NCBI GenBank assembly: GCA_023229985.1
Contig: JALNYF010000002.1
Location: 3,537 to 67,536 of the forward strand
Length of the DNA: 64,000 nucleotides
Reading direction: 5' to 3'
Source of the DNA: Bacteroidales bacterium
Lineage (GTDB): Bacteria > Bacteroidota > Bacteroidia > Bacteroidales > WCHB1-69
This document shows positions 28,763-38,795 of the stretch, piece after piece. The notes beneath the pieces are model-generated. The model had not been told where the DNA came from, searched no databases, and saw nothing but the letters and a program-made list of their open reading frames with translations. The translations under genes were made by a program, and so were the position numbers. Numbering within the stretch: position 1 is the first letter of the stretch; each line of letters starts with the position of its first letter.

Positions 28763-29532
28763 TTTTTTGAAGAAGGTAAAGTCAATTCGATATCATCTAA
28801 ATATAGGGTTGAATTTACCTGCCCTTGACAATGTTGCAAGTCACTAAAATCGTAGCCTGCGCTGGCAGAACAGATGATTTCGATATGCGTTGGGGCGGTG
28901 GCACTTACGTAGTTAATGGGTACATTAAATGGGGTCCACACATCAACCGCATTTTTTTCTTTGAGTAATCCGCTTGCTACAACGGTATTATTGCTATAAA
29001 GGACAACACTGATAGAAGCCGAGTCGCCGGCTACCGGTGTATATTTGTAGAATCCGCTAAAGGCAGTCGGGGAATCTGTATAAGGTTTTTTAATGTTGAT
29101 ACTTCCGCCGGTATTAAGGAAATCGTTGATATAATTTGTACTTAATGTTCCCATTGCGCCGGGAATTAATATGGTGAGTTGAGCACTATGCAAAGTGTCG
29201 GTTTTCAATTTTATGGCATAATTACCGGAGTGAGCGTTTTCATCGCGTATGGCCGTAATAGGTCCGTCAATATGGAGTGCATTCGGAAATGCGTGTAGCG
29301 AGTTTAAAGTATAAAAGGCAGCTGTTTGGTATTCCAAATATTGACCCGCATCGGCAGTTTGGGTTGACCAGCCGGTTTCAAAACCGCCGTCAGGAATTTG
29401 GGAAAAAGTCGAATCAACCGGATTAGGGGTGTTGGGATTTATTGGAGGTTCCGGATCGTCAGGGTCACATGAAGTGAAAGTAAACACGGTAGTTATAGCC
29501 AAAGCTATCCATAAAATTTTGTTTGTTTTCAT
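28759..29532 (-). CDS. lipoprotein, PCMD-like (putative carbohydrate metabolism domain) partner of the TonB-dependent receptor
   Basis: I prefer the start at M12 of the track ORF (MKTNKILWIALAITTVFTFTSC lipobox, followed by DPDDPEP). The domain assignment is from memory of the FYKYTP...ISVVLY pattern. The stop overlaps the hutI start (ATGA). Confidence 0.4.
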   Translation of the reverse strand: MKTNKILWIALAITTVFTFTSCDPDDPEPPINPNTPNPVDSTFSQIPDGGFETGWSTQTADAGQYLEYQTAAFYTLNSLHAFPNALHIDGPITAIRDENAHSGNYAIKLKTDTLHSAQLTILIPGAMGTLSTNYINDFLNTGGSINIKKPYTDSPTAFSGFYKYTPVAGDSASISVVLYSNNTVVASGLLKEKNAVDVWTPFNVPINYVSATAPTHIEIICSASAGYDFSDLQHCQGQVNSTLYLDDIELTLPSSKK

Positions 29533-29552
29533 CTTTATATTGTTTTTAAGTG

Positions 29553-31994
29553 TTAAATGTCGCACGAAAGCTGCACATTAAAGGTGCGTGGGGCTTCCAA
29601 ATACATAGGGCGAAGCGTATATTCTTTATTCAAAATATTTTTAACGATAAATGAAATCTTGATATCTTCCATCAGAGAATAGGTAATACCTGCGTCAAAA
29701 GTGATGGCACCTTTTTTATTATTTTGCACGTAATTGTAGTAGCCTTTGAAGGGGAGGTCACCCATTTGAGCGACGAGTGCCGCGGTTGCCGGTGTTAAGT
29801 TGGGATTCAAGGCATCGCAATCGTAGAACAATTTATCCACATTTTTCATAGAGCTGTAATAGGCGGCTGCGAGGTTGATGGCTATTTTTTTGAAAAATTC
29901 GATGCAGATATCCACTTTTGCCATGTGTTGAATTCTGTATTTTAAGACATTGGAAGTGGTGTCGGTGGAGGAGCTGAGGAAAGTATATTCAGTGCCCGCA
30001 TTATTATAATAGACTTCCTTTCTATTTTTGGTAACGGGCAAACTATAAGTATAACTTGCCATCACGCGGAGAAATACTTTGGAAGAGACATTTCCTTCGC
30101 CCATAACGGAGAAGTCAATACCGGAAATTGTCGCCGGGCCGGTGTTTAAGAATCTGAATCCCAAGTCTTTGGTGAAAAGTCCGGTAGTGCCCCATGTTCC
30201 CATGGCAAATTCAATGTAGTTATTATATCTTTGGTAATAAGCTGCCAAATCGATAAGACCCTTAAACTCGCCAAATTTAAAAGGTTGAGCTACAGCGGCT
30301 TCTAAGTTCCAACTCGTTTCGGAAACCAAGTTGGGATTGGGGTAAAAGCCGTAGTTCCCAATGGAAATGGCGATGAATTTTTCCCCGATGCTCGGATAGC
30401 GGTAACCTTGTCCCCAAGAGGCACGGAATGCGGTATGGCTGGAAGGTATTTGAAAGTTGATGCCGGCACGGAAAATGGGTTTTTGCTCAAATTCTTTTCC
30501 TAATGTATAGCATTCCCAGCGACCGCCGACCACGAGGCTTAAGTTTTCCTTTTTTAAAAATTTCTTTTCTAATTGAACATAAGTAGCGAAGTTATTGGAG
30601 GTCATTTTGGCAGCTTCGTTAGAGGTGTTATCGCCATTGAAAACACGTCCGTAAGATTCTGCGTAGATGTTCATAATGCCGGCGATTAATTTCAGTTTAA
30701 TTTTATTAAACGGTTTTGTATATTGATATTCGTCAAAAACCAAAATGGAAGAGGCATCTTGTGCGCCGGTGGCTTCTTTATTATTACTATATGTAACACG
30801 GTTTCGCAAAGCGTGCGATGAACCATCGGGAGCCAAGTAGGAAATACAGGGATCTACATAAAAAGTGGCATCTTTGAATTTCGATAAAGAACCGTTGTAG
30901 GTTCGGTACATGTTCGTGTCGGAATCATACCAGAAAAAAGATTGGGCATTTTCGGAATACATAAAATTTCCGTTGAGGGAGGCAACCAAACCTTTTATTT
31001 TTTTTGGGCGATAGCGTGTTCCGAAATTTATACGTCCCCGCGTTTCATATTTTCCTTCGTTACTTTTACCTTTTGCCACACTATATTCCGGACCGATGTA
31101 ACTTTGGTCATCAAAGAATTCGCCACCAATAATCAAATCGAAATTCTTTTTAATGATGCGGGAATGGAGAAATGAGGCTCCCCATTTAACGGGAGATATT
31201 TTATCCCAACTTTTTTTATAACGATCTTTTGGGGAAGAGTAAATTCCGCCGTGGATAACAACTTTTGTTTTAGGCTTTAAGGATGGATAGGCTGAAAGAA
31301 CATTGATGGCACCCGTTAATGCGGATGACCCATAAACGACCGAAGCAGCGCCTTTGATCACTTCAATATGGTCAACATCTTCCATCGGAATAAAATTCCA
31401 CATTGGGCGACCGGCATCCGGACGCAGCAACGGTATGTCATCTAACAAAATCAAAACCCGACTGCCCATTCCTGAACTAAATCCGCTGCCACCACGAATC
31501 TGTGGCTCGTTATCAACTACCGCTACACCGCCCAGCTTGGTTACCATTTCATTTGCCCCCGATATATTCAAATTGTCAAATGACTTTGTTTCAATGCTAA
31601 TGATGGAAACTGTTGAGGTGGCGGGGTCAGTATTAAAATCTTTGGCGGTTACCTGTGTAGCGTCCAATTGGTGAATCTCACAGTTTAACTCTATTTTTAA
31701 TTTCACTACCCGTTGTTTAGCGGAAAAGATAATGGTGCGTTTATAGCTCTGATACAATGAACGAAAAAATTCTAACTCACAAGTATCTCCTCGTAAATAA
31801 AGCTCAAAATTTCCATTCTCATCTGACATTAACGGCTCTTTTAAACAATTGGAAATAATTCGGGTATAGGGCAGAGGGGTGCCATCTCCCGCATCTACAA
31901 TACTTCCAATAATTTTATTATTCTGCGCTGCTATACTCATACTATTGATTATCAATATTGCAAGCGTTATAATTATAAGTAGTCTATTTTTCAT
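29553..31994 (-). CDS. TonB-dependent receptor with an N-terminal carboxypeptidase-regulatory-like domain
   Basis: 813 aa. Signal peptide, IIGSIVDAGDGTPLPYTRI (CarbopepD_reg-like), plug motif EPQIRGGSGFSSGMGSRVLILLDDIPL, and a long beta-barrel. Confidence 0.85.
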   Translation of the reverse strand: MKNRLLIIITLAILIINSMSIAAQNNKIIGSIVDAGDGTPLPYTRIISNCLKEPLMSDENGNFELYLRGDTCELEFFRSLYQSYKRTIIFSAKQRVVKLKIELNCEIHQLDATQVTAKDFNTDPATSTVSIISIETKSFDNLNISGANEMVTKLGGVAVVDNEPQIRGGSGFSSGMGSRVLILLDDIPLLRPDAGRPMWNFIPMEDVDHIEVIKGAASVVYGSSALTGAINVLSAYPSLKPKTKVVIHGGIYSSPKDRYKKSWDKISPVKWGASFLHSRIIKKNFDLIIGGEFFDDQSYIGPEYSVAKGKSNEGKYETRGRINFGTRYRPKKIKGLVASLNGNFMYSENAQSFFWYDSDTNMYRTYNGSLSKFKDATFYVDPCISYLAPDGSSHALRNRVTYSNNKEATGAQDASSILVFDEYQYTKPFNKIKLKLIAGIMNIYAESYGRVFNGDNTSNEAAKMTSNNFATYVQLEKKFLKKENLSLVVGGRWECYTLGKEFEQKPIFRAGINFQIPSSHTAFRASWGQGYRYPSIGEKFIAISIGNYGFYPNPNLVSETSWNLEAAVAQPFKFGEFKGLIDLAAYYQRYNNYIEFAMGTWGTTGLFTKDLGFRFLNTGPATISGIDFSVMGEGNVSSKVFLRVMASYTYSLPVTKNRKEVYYNNAGTEYTFLSSSTDTTSNVLKYRIQHMAKVDICIEFFKKIAINLAAAYYSSMKNVDKLFYDCDALNPNLTPATAALVAQMGDLPFKGYYNYVQNNKKGAITFDAGITYSLMEDIKISFIVKNILNKEYTLRPMYLEAPRTFNVQLSCDI

Positions 31995-32017
31995 TCTTAT
32001 TTTTCTTTATCTCTCAA

Positions 32018-32025
32018 ATTGAGCC
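32018..32025 (-). promoter_or_regulatory. candidate -7 box (TATTTTTG on the minus strand) for the TonB-dependent receptor operon
   Basis: The plus strand reads CAAAAATA. Followed on the minus strand by CCGGCT. 24 nt upstream of the ATG at 31994. Confidence 0.5.
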
Positions 32026-32262
32026 GGCAAAAATACAGTTTTTTTATTAGATAGAGACAATTTAATGATGAAAATATATAAACTATTGATTTTTACTAAA
32101 ATAAAAATACTAATAAACGTTAATCTAGGTGAAAAAATGATATGTTGCATCTAAAAATATGAATCATAAAAATGAATTTCTGCCACGTTTCATTTATGAT
32201 TTGAACAAAGAAATAAATTTTTTATAAAAAGTAAAATACATTATTTGCAACAAAAAAAGTTA

Positions 32263-32270
32263 TACCTTTG
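32263..32270 (+). promoter_or_regulatory. candidate -7 box TACCTTTG for kbl-korAB
   Basis: TAnnTTTG about 120 nt upstream of the kbl ATG. Confidence 0.4.
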
Positions 32271-32389
32271 CGGGCAAATATTGGAGGAAAGATAAGACAG
32301 GAAATAGGGTAGGGTTGGTTTTGTAAACAGTTAATCTTTAATGATATACAGAAAATAAACAATTAATTATCCATAAAAATATTAAACGT

Positions 32390-33580
32390 ATGTATCAAAA
32401 ATTTCAAGCATTTCTGCAAAACGAGCTGAAAGAAATCGAAAATGCAGGATTGTATAAGAATGAAAGAATCATCGTTTCACCGCAAGGCGGCGAAATTACA
32501 TTAAAGAATGGCACAAAAGCCTTAAATTTCTGTGCTAACAATTACTTGGGTTTAGCCAACAATCCGCGCTTGATAGCGGCGGCAAAAGAGGCATTGGACA
32601 CGCATGGCTACGGAATGGCTTCCGTTCGTTTTATTTGCGGTTGTTCTGACCTTCACAAAGAATTAGAAAAGAAAATTGCCGAATTTTTTGGAACGGAAGA
32701 CACCATTTTATATGCTGCCTGCTTCGATGCCAACGGCGGTGTTTTTGAACCTCTTTTGAGCGAAAATGATGCCATCATCTCCGATTCTTTGAATCACGCT
32801 TCTATCATTGATGGTGTAAGACTTTGTAAAGCAGTACGTTATCGCTACGCTAACGCCGATATGGCAGATTTGGAAAAGCAACTTCAAGCCGCACAAGCGC
32901 AACGCTTCCGCTTAGTAGTTACCGATGGCGTTTTCTCTATGGACGGTAATGTTGCTCCTTTGGACAAAATCGTTGAATTGGCAACTAAATATGACGCTAT
33001 GGTAATGGTGGACGAATCTCACTCCGCCGGCGTGGTTGGGAAAACTGGTCGCGGCGTTACCGAACAATTTAACCTTAGAGGCAAGGTGGAAATCCTTACC
33101 GGCACGCTCGGCAAGGCTTTTGGAGGTGCTATTGGCGGTTTTACTACCGGTAAAAAAGAAATTATCGACATGCTTCGCCAACGCTCCCGTCCCTATTTAT
33201 TCTCCAATTCCATTCCTCCAATGGTAGCCGCTGCCGGTTGCAAAATGGTGGAATTAATGTCGGAAACGAACGAATTGCAAGACAGACTTCACGAAAATAC
33301 AGCTTATTTTGTTCAAAAAATGACAGCTGCCGGCTTTGACATCAAACCAACCCAATCTGCCATCTGCGCCGTTATGCTTTATGATGCCAAATTATCACAG
33401 ACCATGGCTGCCAAATTACAAGATGAAGGTATCTTCGTAACCGGTTTCTACTACCCTGTTGTCCCGAAAGACTTGGCTCGTATCCGTGTCCAAATTTCCG
33501 CAGCTCACAGTCGTGAACATTTAGATAAATGTATTGCTGCTTTTACAAAAGTAGGTAAAGAATTATCAATTATTAAATAA
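32390..33580 (+). CDS. kbl: glycine C-acetyltransferase (2-amino-3-ketobutyrate CoA ligase)
   Basis: 396 aa, and near-collinear by eye with E. coli Kbl (NFCANNYLGLAN, GMASVRFICG, DSLNHASIIDGVRLCKA, TDGVFSMDG, GTLGKA, RPYLFSNS, GFYYPVVPK). Confidence 0.9.
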   Translation: MYQKFQAFLQNELKEIENAGLYKNERIIVSPQGGEITLKNGTKALNFCANNYLGLANNPRLIAAAKEALDTHGYGMASVRFICGCSDLHKELEKKIAEFFGTEDTILYAACFDANGGVFEPLLSENDAIISDSLNHASIIDGVRLCKAVRYRYANADMADLEKQLQAAQAQRFRLVVTDGVFSMDGNVAPLDKIVELATKYDAMVMVDESHSAGVVGKTGRGVTEQFNLRGKVEILTGTLGKAFGGAIGGFTTGKKEIIDMLRQRSRPYLFSNSIPPMVAAAGCKMVELMSETNELQDRLHENTAYFVQKMTAAGFDIKPTQSAICAVMLYDAKLSQTMAAKLQDEGIFVTGFYYPVVPKDLARIRVQISAAHSREHLDKCIAAFTKVGKELSIIK

Positions 33581-33596
33581 AAGTATAGTAGTTAAT

Positions 33597-35432
33597 ATGT
33601 CAACAAAAAAACAAATCATTGAAAGAGAAAGCGTTGTCGTTAAGTTCGTCGGTGATTCCGGTGATGGCATGCAGCTTTCAGGAACTTTGTTCTCTGATAC
33701 GGCAGCATTAGCAGGTAACGATATAGCCACATTCCCCGATTTTCCGGCTGAAATCCGCGCACCTCACAATACCGTAGCCGGCGTATCCGGTTATCAAGTC
33801 CATATCGGCAAAGAAACCCGAATTATCGGAGATAAATGCGACGTTTTAGTTGCAATGAACCCCGCTTCCCTCAAAGCTAATTTGAAATGGGTGAAAATGG
33901 GCGGTACCATCTTAACCGATGTCGATGCTTATGATGCAATTGCTTTGGAAAAAGCAGGCTACACCACCAATCCATTGGAAGACGGCTCGTTGAGCTCATA
34001 CTTCGTCGTTTCTCCCAACATCACAACCATGGCAAAAGAAACCGCCATGCAGTTGGGAATGGATATGAAAGATGCCGCCAGAACTAAAAATATGTTTTGC
34101 TTGGGTATGATATACTACATCTTCAGCTTCGATCTTGGAACCCCGTTCAAATTATTGGATAAACGTTTCAAAACAAAAAAAGAAGTTGCCGAAATCAATA
34201 AAAAAGTAATGGAAAAAGGATTCAACTTTGCGGAAACGTTGGAAGTTTTTGAATCGATTTACCATGTTACTACCGTGGAACTCCCCAAAGGAAGATACCG
34301 CAATATTACCGGTAACATCGCTACGGCGTGGGGACTTTTGGCTGCAGCCGAACGCTCCGGACGCAAATTGTTCCTGGGTTCTTATCCTATCACGCCGGCT
34401 ACCGACATTTTGATTGAATTGGCAAAACATAAATCATTGGGAGCTAAGGTTTTCCAAGCAGAAGACGAAATTGCTGGCATCTGTTCTACCATTGGTGCCT
34501 CTTTCGCCGGCGCATTGGCATGTACCTCCACTTCCGGTCCCGGTCTCTCACTCAAAACCGAAGCCCTTGGATTAGCCGTCATCACCGAATTGCCCATTGT
34601 TGTGGTTGATGTACAACGCGGCGGTCCTTCTACCGGTCTTCCTACCAAATCGGAACAATCAGACTTAAATATGGCATTGTTTGGAAGAAACGGCGAAGCC
34701 CCATGTATTGTTGTTGCTGCCTCTTCTCCGAGCGACTGCTTCTATCAGGCATTCAACGCCGCTAAGTTGGCAATGGAAACTATGACACCATGTATCTTAT
34801 TGACAGACGGTTATATCGGACAAGGAAGCGAACTTTTCCGTATTCCTAAAGTTGCCGATTTGCCGGAAATCCACCCACCGTTGGCGAAACCTAACGACCC
34901 CGACTACAAACCTTATCGTCGTAATCCCGAAACCTTGGTTCGCCAATGGGCAATTCCCGGAACAGAAGGTTTGAGACACCGTATTGGCGGTTTGGAAAAA
35001 TCGGACTTGGACGGTAGCGTTTCTACTGACCCGTTGAACCACGCGAAAATGGTCAACAACAGACGCGATAAAGTACAACGTTTGGCAACGCGTGTTCCTC
35101 AACAAGAAGTCTTTGGCGAAGAGAGCGGCGAAATCTTAGTTGTTAGTTGGGGCGGTACCAAAGGACAAGTGCAAACCGCAGTGAAAGAAATGCGCGAAAA
35201 AGGACAAAAAATCAGCCATACGCACTTTACCAATATTATGCCTATGCCAAGTAATACAGAAGAAGTCTTGAAAAAATTCAAGAAGATTTTAGTATGCGAA
35301 CTCAATACCGGTCAATTTGTCAATTATTTGCGAATGACCTATCCGCACTTGCAATTCCAACAATATAATAAGGTTCAGGGATTGCCTTTTACAGTCGAAG
35401 AATTGAAACAAGCCATTCATAACATTCAATAA
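33597..35432 (+). CDS. korA: 2-oxoacid:ferredoxin oxidoreductase subunit alpha (fused gamma-alpha type)
   Basis: 611 aa. N-terminal gamma-like domain (FVGDSGDGMQLSG), then an alpha domain (GSYPITPATDI, STSGPGLSLK). Confidence 0.88.
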   Translation: MSTKKQIIERESVVVKFVGDSGDGMQLSGTLFSDTAALAGNDIATFPDFPAEIRAPHNTVAGVSGYQVHIGKETRIIGDKCDVLVAMNPASLKANLKWVKMGGTILTDVDAYDAIALEKAGYTTNPLEDGSLSSYFVVSPNITTMAKETAMQLGMDMKDAARTKNMFCLGMIYYIFSFDLGTPFKLLDKRFKTKKEVAEINKKVMEKGFNFAETLEVFESIYHVTTVELPKGRYRNITGNIATAWGLLAAAERSGRKLFLGSYPITPATDILIELAKHKSLGAKVFQAEDEIAGICSTIGASFAGALACTSTSGPGLSLKTEALGLAVITELPIVVVDVQRGGPSTGLPTKSEQSDLNMALFGRNGEAPCIVVAASSPSDCFYQAFNAAKLAMETMTPCILLTDGYIGQGSELFRIPKVADLPEIHPPLAKPNDPDYKPYRRNPETLVRQWAIPGTEGLRHRIGGLEKSDLDGSVSTDPLNHAKMVNNRRDKVQRLATRVPQQEVFGEESGEILVVSWGGTKGQVQTAVKEMREKGQKISHTHFTNIMPMPSNTEEVLKKFKKILVCELNTGQFVNYLRMTYPHLQFQQYNKVQGLPFTVEELKQAIHNIQ

Positions 35433-35446
35433 CAGGAGGAAATACA

Positions 35447-36481
35447 ATGAGTTACAAAACAATAGAAAGAACAACAGAACAATTGACAAAAGAAGATTTT
35501 GCCAGTGACCAAATGGTGAAATGGTGCCCGGGCTGCGGAAATCATGCTATCTTGGCTGCCGTTGAAAACGTATTTCCACAAATCGGCTACAAAAAGGAAA
35601 ACTTTTGCGTAGTGTCCGGTATCGGCTGCTCCTCACGTTTCCCGTATTATATGAATACGTACGGATTTCATAGTATCCACGGTAGAGCCAATGCCATCGC
35701 AACCGGCGTGCGCCTCTTCAACCGCGGGCTGAGCGTTTGGGTACCCACCGGCGACGGCGATTCACTTGCTATCGGCGGAAACCACTTTATCCACGTGATC
35801 CGCAGAAATATTGACCTCAACATCATGCTCTTCAATAACGAAATTTATGGTTTAACGAAAGGTCAGTATTCCCCGACTTCCCCTATGGGTAAAATTACCA
35901 AATCTTCCCCGCAAGGAACCATTGAACACCCTTTCACAGTCGGTGAACTCGTTTTGGGCGCACAAGGTACTTTCTTCGCAAGAGTAATTGATAACAAACC
36001 TCAGTTTATCAGTCAGGTGATGCTGGAAGCCGCTAAACACGACGGCACTTCCATCGTTGAGATTCTTCAAAACTGTGTTATCTTTAACAACGGCGCACAC
36101 AAATATATTACCGATAAAGAAGTACGCGATAACAACCAACTTTACTTGGAAGACGGCAAACCGATGCTTTTCGGAAAAGATAAGGAAAAAGGAATCATCC
36201 TTGGAAACAACGGATTACAAGTGGTGAAATTGGGTGAAAATGGAATTACTGAGAAAGATATTCTCGTTCACGACATGAAAAGCCAAAATCCGGGAATCCA
36301 CTTGATGTTGGCAAAGATGAAACCCCCTTACTTCCCCATTGCCTTGGGCGTAATTCGCTCGGTAGAGTCTCCTACTTATGACCAGTTATTGGATGAACAA
36401 ATCAAAACCGCTCAGGAAAATCCGGCAACCGTAAAATGCGTTGACGACTTGCTGAATAGCGGCGACACTTGGGAAATCTAA
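35447..36481 (+). CDS. korB: 2-oxoacid:ferredoxin oxidoreductase subunit beta (TPP-binding)
   Basis: 344 aa. WCPGCGNH and GIGCSSRFP cysteine motifs, TPP motif TGDGDSLAIGGNH. Confidence 0.88.
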   Translation: MSYKTIERTTEQLTKEDFASDQMVKWCPGCGNHAILAAVENVFPQIGYKKENFCVVSGIGCSSRFPYYMNTYGFHSIHGRANAIATGVRLFNRGLSVWVPTGDGDSLAIGGNHFIHVIRRNIDLNIMLFNNEIYGLTKGQYSPTSPMGKITKSSPQGTIEHPFTVGELVLGAQGTFFARVIDNKPQFISQVMLEAAKHDGTSIVEILQNCVIFNNGAHKYITDKEVRDNNQLYLEDGKPMLFGKDKEKGIILGNNGLQVVKLGENGITEKDILVHDMKSQNPGIHLMLAKMKPPYFPIALGVIRSVESPTYDQLLDEQIKTAQENPATVKCVDDLLNSGDTWEI

Positions 36482-36508
36482 TTGTGGATATATATTATCT
36501 TATCAATA

Positions 36509-36538
36509 AGCGTATCATTGTTTTGGTACGCTTTTTTT
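36509..36538 (+). terminator. weak rho-independent terminator after korB
   Basis: 6-bp stem AGCGTA / TACGCT with a 12-nt loop, followed by T7. Confidence 0.45.
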
Positions 36539-36564
36539 GATTTTTATAACGTCTAAAATGCAAG

Positions 36565-38061
36565 TTATTTTGCTTCTAAATCGTAAATAGTTTTTATCGG
36601 GTGAAATGTGCTGAGGGGGACTTCTACAAAGATGGTGATCCATTTTGCCATGGCACCGTTCCACAAGCCGGGAAGCTCCATCGCACGCAAAGTTTGTCCT
36701 TCAAAAGATTTTGAAGAAATAAAGCCGGTATGTTCATCAACAAATTCGTCCAAATTGAAATAGTCGCCGTTGTATTGGCGAAAACTGCATACCAAATCTA
36801 CCGGATTAAAATGTGTAGATTGTTGAAAAACAGATTTTTGTGATTCATCGGCTAAATTAATTTGTGCAGATTCGATGATTTGCCAGCTTATTTCGCCATT
36901 TTCGTTTTTTACTAAAAAAGGTCCGCCGCCCGGTTCGCCTTCATTTTTTACCATTCCGCAAACCCGTATCGGACGATTAAGGTATTGTAATAAAATGGCT
37001 TGCGTTTCTTGCTTGTGTGGAAACGATAATTGTAGCTCATTTTCTGCAAAATACTTTATTTCAGTAAGTTGCTCATTTGATATCTCTTCGTGTGACGAGA
37101 GAAGTTCCACGTATTGAAACAACTGTTTTTGGAGCGTTAATAGGTGTGCAGCCAGTATTTTTTTATAAGAAATCGTATCTTCTAACTCGTCTTCATAGCG
37201 TACATTATCAATATTTTTGATGAAGATGAGGTCGGCTTTTATCTTTGCGAGGTTTTCAATCAGTGCACCGTGACCGGCGGGGCGGAAAATGAGATTTCCC
37301 TCCGTATCGCGAAATGGCTGATTATCAGTGGTGGCGGCTAACGTGTCGCCGGAACTCAGCTGCTGCGAAAAGGTGACATCATATTTTACATGAAAGCGTT
37401 CTTCGTAATGTTCCCTAATTTTTTGTAATAATTCCCGAAAATAGGGTTCGTGTTGTTCCGAAATGGTAAAATGGATATGGCAGATTCCGTCGCTGCCTTG
37501 GGCATACATTGCCCCTTCAACCAAATGCTCTTCAAAAGGGGTACGCAAACCGTGCGCATAGCGATGAAATGCCAATAGAGCTTTAGGTAAAAATGTGTAA
37601 TTCAATCCTTTATCATATAACAGTGTTCCTAAAATGAGGGGGTAGTTGTTCTGTTCGATTTCATCTGACAAGTTGTAACCCAAATTTTGCATGGCAGTTT
37701 CCAACTCGTCATAAAGGGCGTATTGACGGAGAGAGTGAATAAAAACAGTAGCTTTTTTTTGTGAAGCGGCATCCGTTGCAGTATGCAAATTCACAAGGTC
37801 TTTGAACATACGGGACGCTGCACCCGATGCAGGGACAAACTTGCATATGGTCTTTCCCGCGATTAATTGGTCGTATTGATCTAATAATGAACGTTTTTTC
37901 TCTTCAGTAAAACGAATGATTCCGTCCCCAACGGTGGCTGCTTTTTGCAAATTTGCAAAGTCAAATCCGGTATGAAAGTACTGAAATTGTGACTTTACCT
38001 TGTCAGGGTCATTTCCTCGTTTTTGCATATAAACAAGGTCTTTTTCAGTGAATTGAATCAT
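36565..38061 (-). CDS. uncharacterised 498-aa protein (DUF4301-like) with UDP-sugar-pyrophosphorylase-like motifs
   Basis: No signal peptide. KFVPASGAASRMFKDL resembles the glycine-rich NTP loop of UDPGP-type pyrophosphorylases, and FRPAGHGALIENL resembles their P-x-GHG motif. The DUF name is from memory. Confidence 0.4.
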   Translation of the reverse strand: MIQFTEKDLVYMQKRGNDPDKVKSQFQYFHTGFDFANLQKAATVGDGIIRFTEEKKRSLLDQYDQLIAGKTICKFVPASGAASRMFKDLVNLHTATDAASQKKATVFIHSLRQYALYDELETAMQNLGYNLSDEIEQNNYPLILGTLLYDKGLNYTFLPKALLAFHRYAHGLRTPFEEHLVEGAMYAQGSDGICHIHFTISEQHEPYFRELLQKIREHYEERFHVKYDVTFSQQLSSGDTLAATTDNQPFRDTEGNLIFRPAGHGALIENLAKIKADLIFIKNIDNVRYEDELEDTISYKKILAAHLLTLQKQLFQYVELLSSHEEISNEQLTEIKYFAENELQLSFPHKQETQAILLQYLNRPIRVCGMVKNEGEPGGGPFLVKNENGEISWQIIESAQINLADESQKSVFQQSTHFNPVDLVCSFRQYNGDYFNLDEFVDEHTGFISSKSFEGQTLRAMELPGLWNGAMAKWITIFVEVPLSTFHPIKTIYDLEAK

Positions 38062-38070
38062 AATGGCAAT

Positions 38071-38793
38071 TTATTGAATGTTAAAATCTTTTAAATCATC
38101 ATATTTCCCAATATCCATCCACGTATCATCTTCGTGTAAATACCCTTTAATTACTTGATTTTCTGATAATTGTAAATATAAAGGAGTCATTGATAATTTT
38201 TGATTGTCTGGAATGAAGTTAAGAATTTCTTTTTTGACTACATGAATTCCACTAAATGCCAAGGGCAATTCGTGCGTCGTGGGGCGGGGAAGCAGCTTCT
38301 CGCCGGTTTTGTTGTTTTGCCACCCACATAATTGCATGGTATTATTATCAAAAATAAAAAACCTGGAAGTGAAGCGATTTTTGACTGCCAACGTTGCAAG
38401 CGATTGAGAATCAATGTGATATTGGATTAATTGCGATAGGTTAATGGAGGAAAGAATGTCCACATTATATAATAATATGTCGGTTGCGTTGGCAAACAAC
38501 GGTTCGGCGAATTTCAGTCCGCCGGCAGTGTCCAAGAGCTGATTGCTTTCGTCAGAAATTTGAATGTCGGCATCAAAAGAGTGTGTCGCGATGAAATTCT
38601 TAATCTGGTCGCTAAAGTGATGGGTATTGACGACAATTTCATGTATTCCCGCGCGGGCAACGGTTTCAATGGCATTTTGGAGGAGGGTTTTCCCGTCAAT
38701 GCGAACCAAGGCTTTCGGTTTATCGGCTGTCAGCGGATAGAGTCTCGTCCCTAAGCCGGCAGCAAAAATCATGGCTTTGACGAAAGTTTTCAC
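38071..38793 (-). CDS. nucleotidyltransferase, MurU-like (sugar-1-phosphate nucleotidylyltransferase)
   Basis: 240 aa. N-terminal AMIFAAGLGTRLYPLTADKPKALV (G-x-G-T-R-L loop). Size and neighbourhood with an AmgK-like kinase fit MurU. Confidence 0.7.
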   Translation of the reverse strand: MKTFVKAMIFAAGLGTRLYPLTADKPKALVRIDGKTLLQNAIETVARAGIHEIVVNTHHFSDQIKNFIATHSFDADIQISDESNQLLDTAGGLKFAEPLFANATDILLYNVDILSSINLSQLIQYHIDSQSLATLAVKNRFTSRFFIFDNNTMQLCGWQNNKTGEKLLPRPTTHELPLAFSGIHVVKKEILNFIPDNQKLSMTPLYLQLSENQVIKGYLHEDDTWMDIGKYDDLKDFNIQ

Positions 38794-38795
38794 GG

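Noticed and set aside
32271-32389. A glycine (or other) riboswitch in the roughly 120-nt purine-rich leader of kbl
   Set aside because: I cannot find the conserved glycine-riboswitch core elements or any convincing stem structure. The segment (GGAGGAAAGATAAGACAGGAAATAGGGTAGGG...) looks unstructured.
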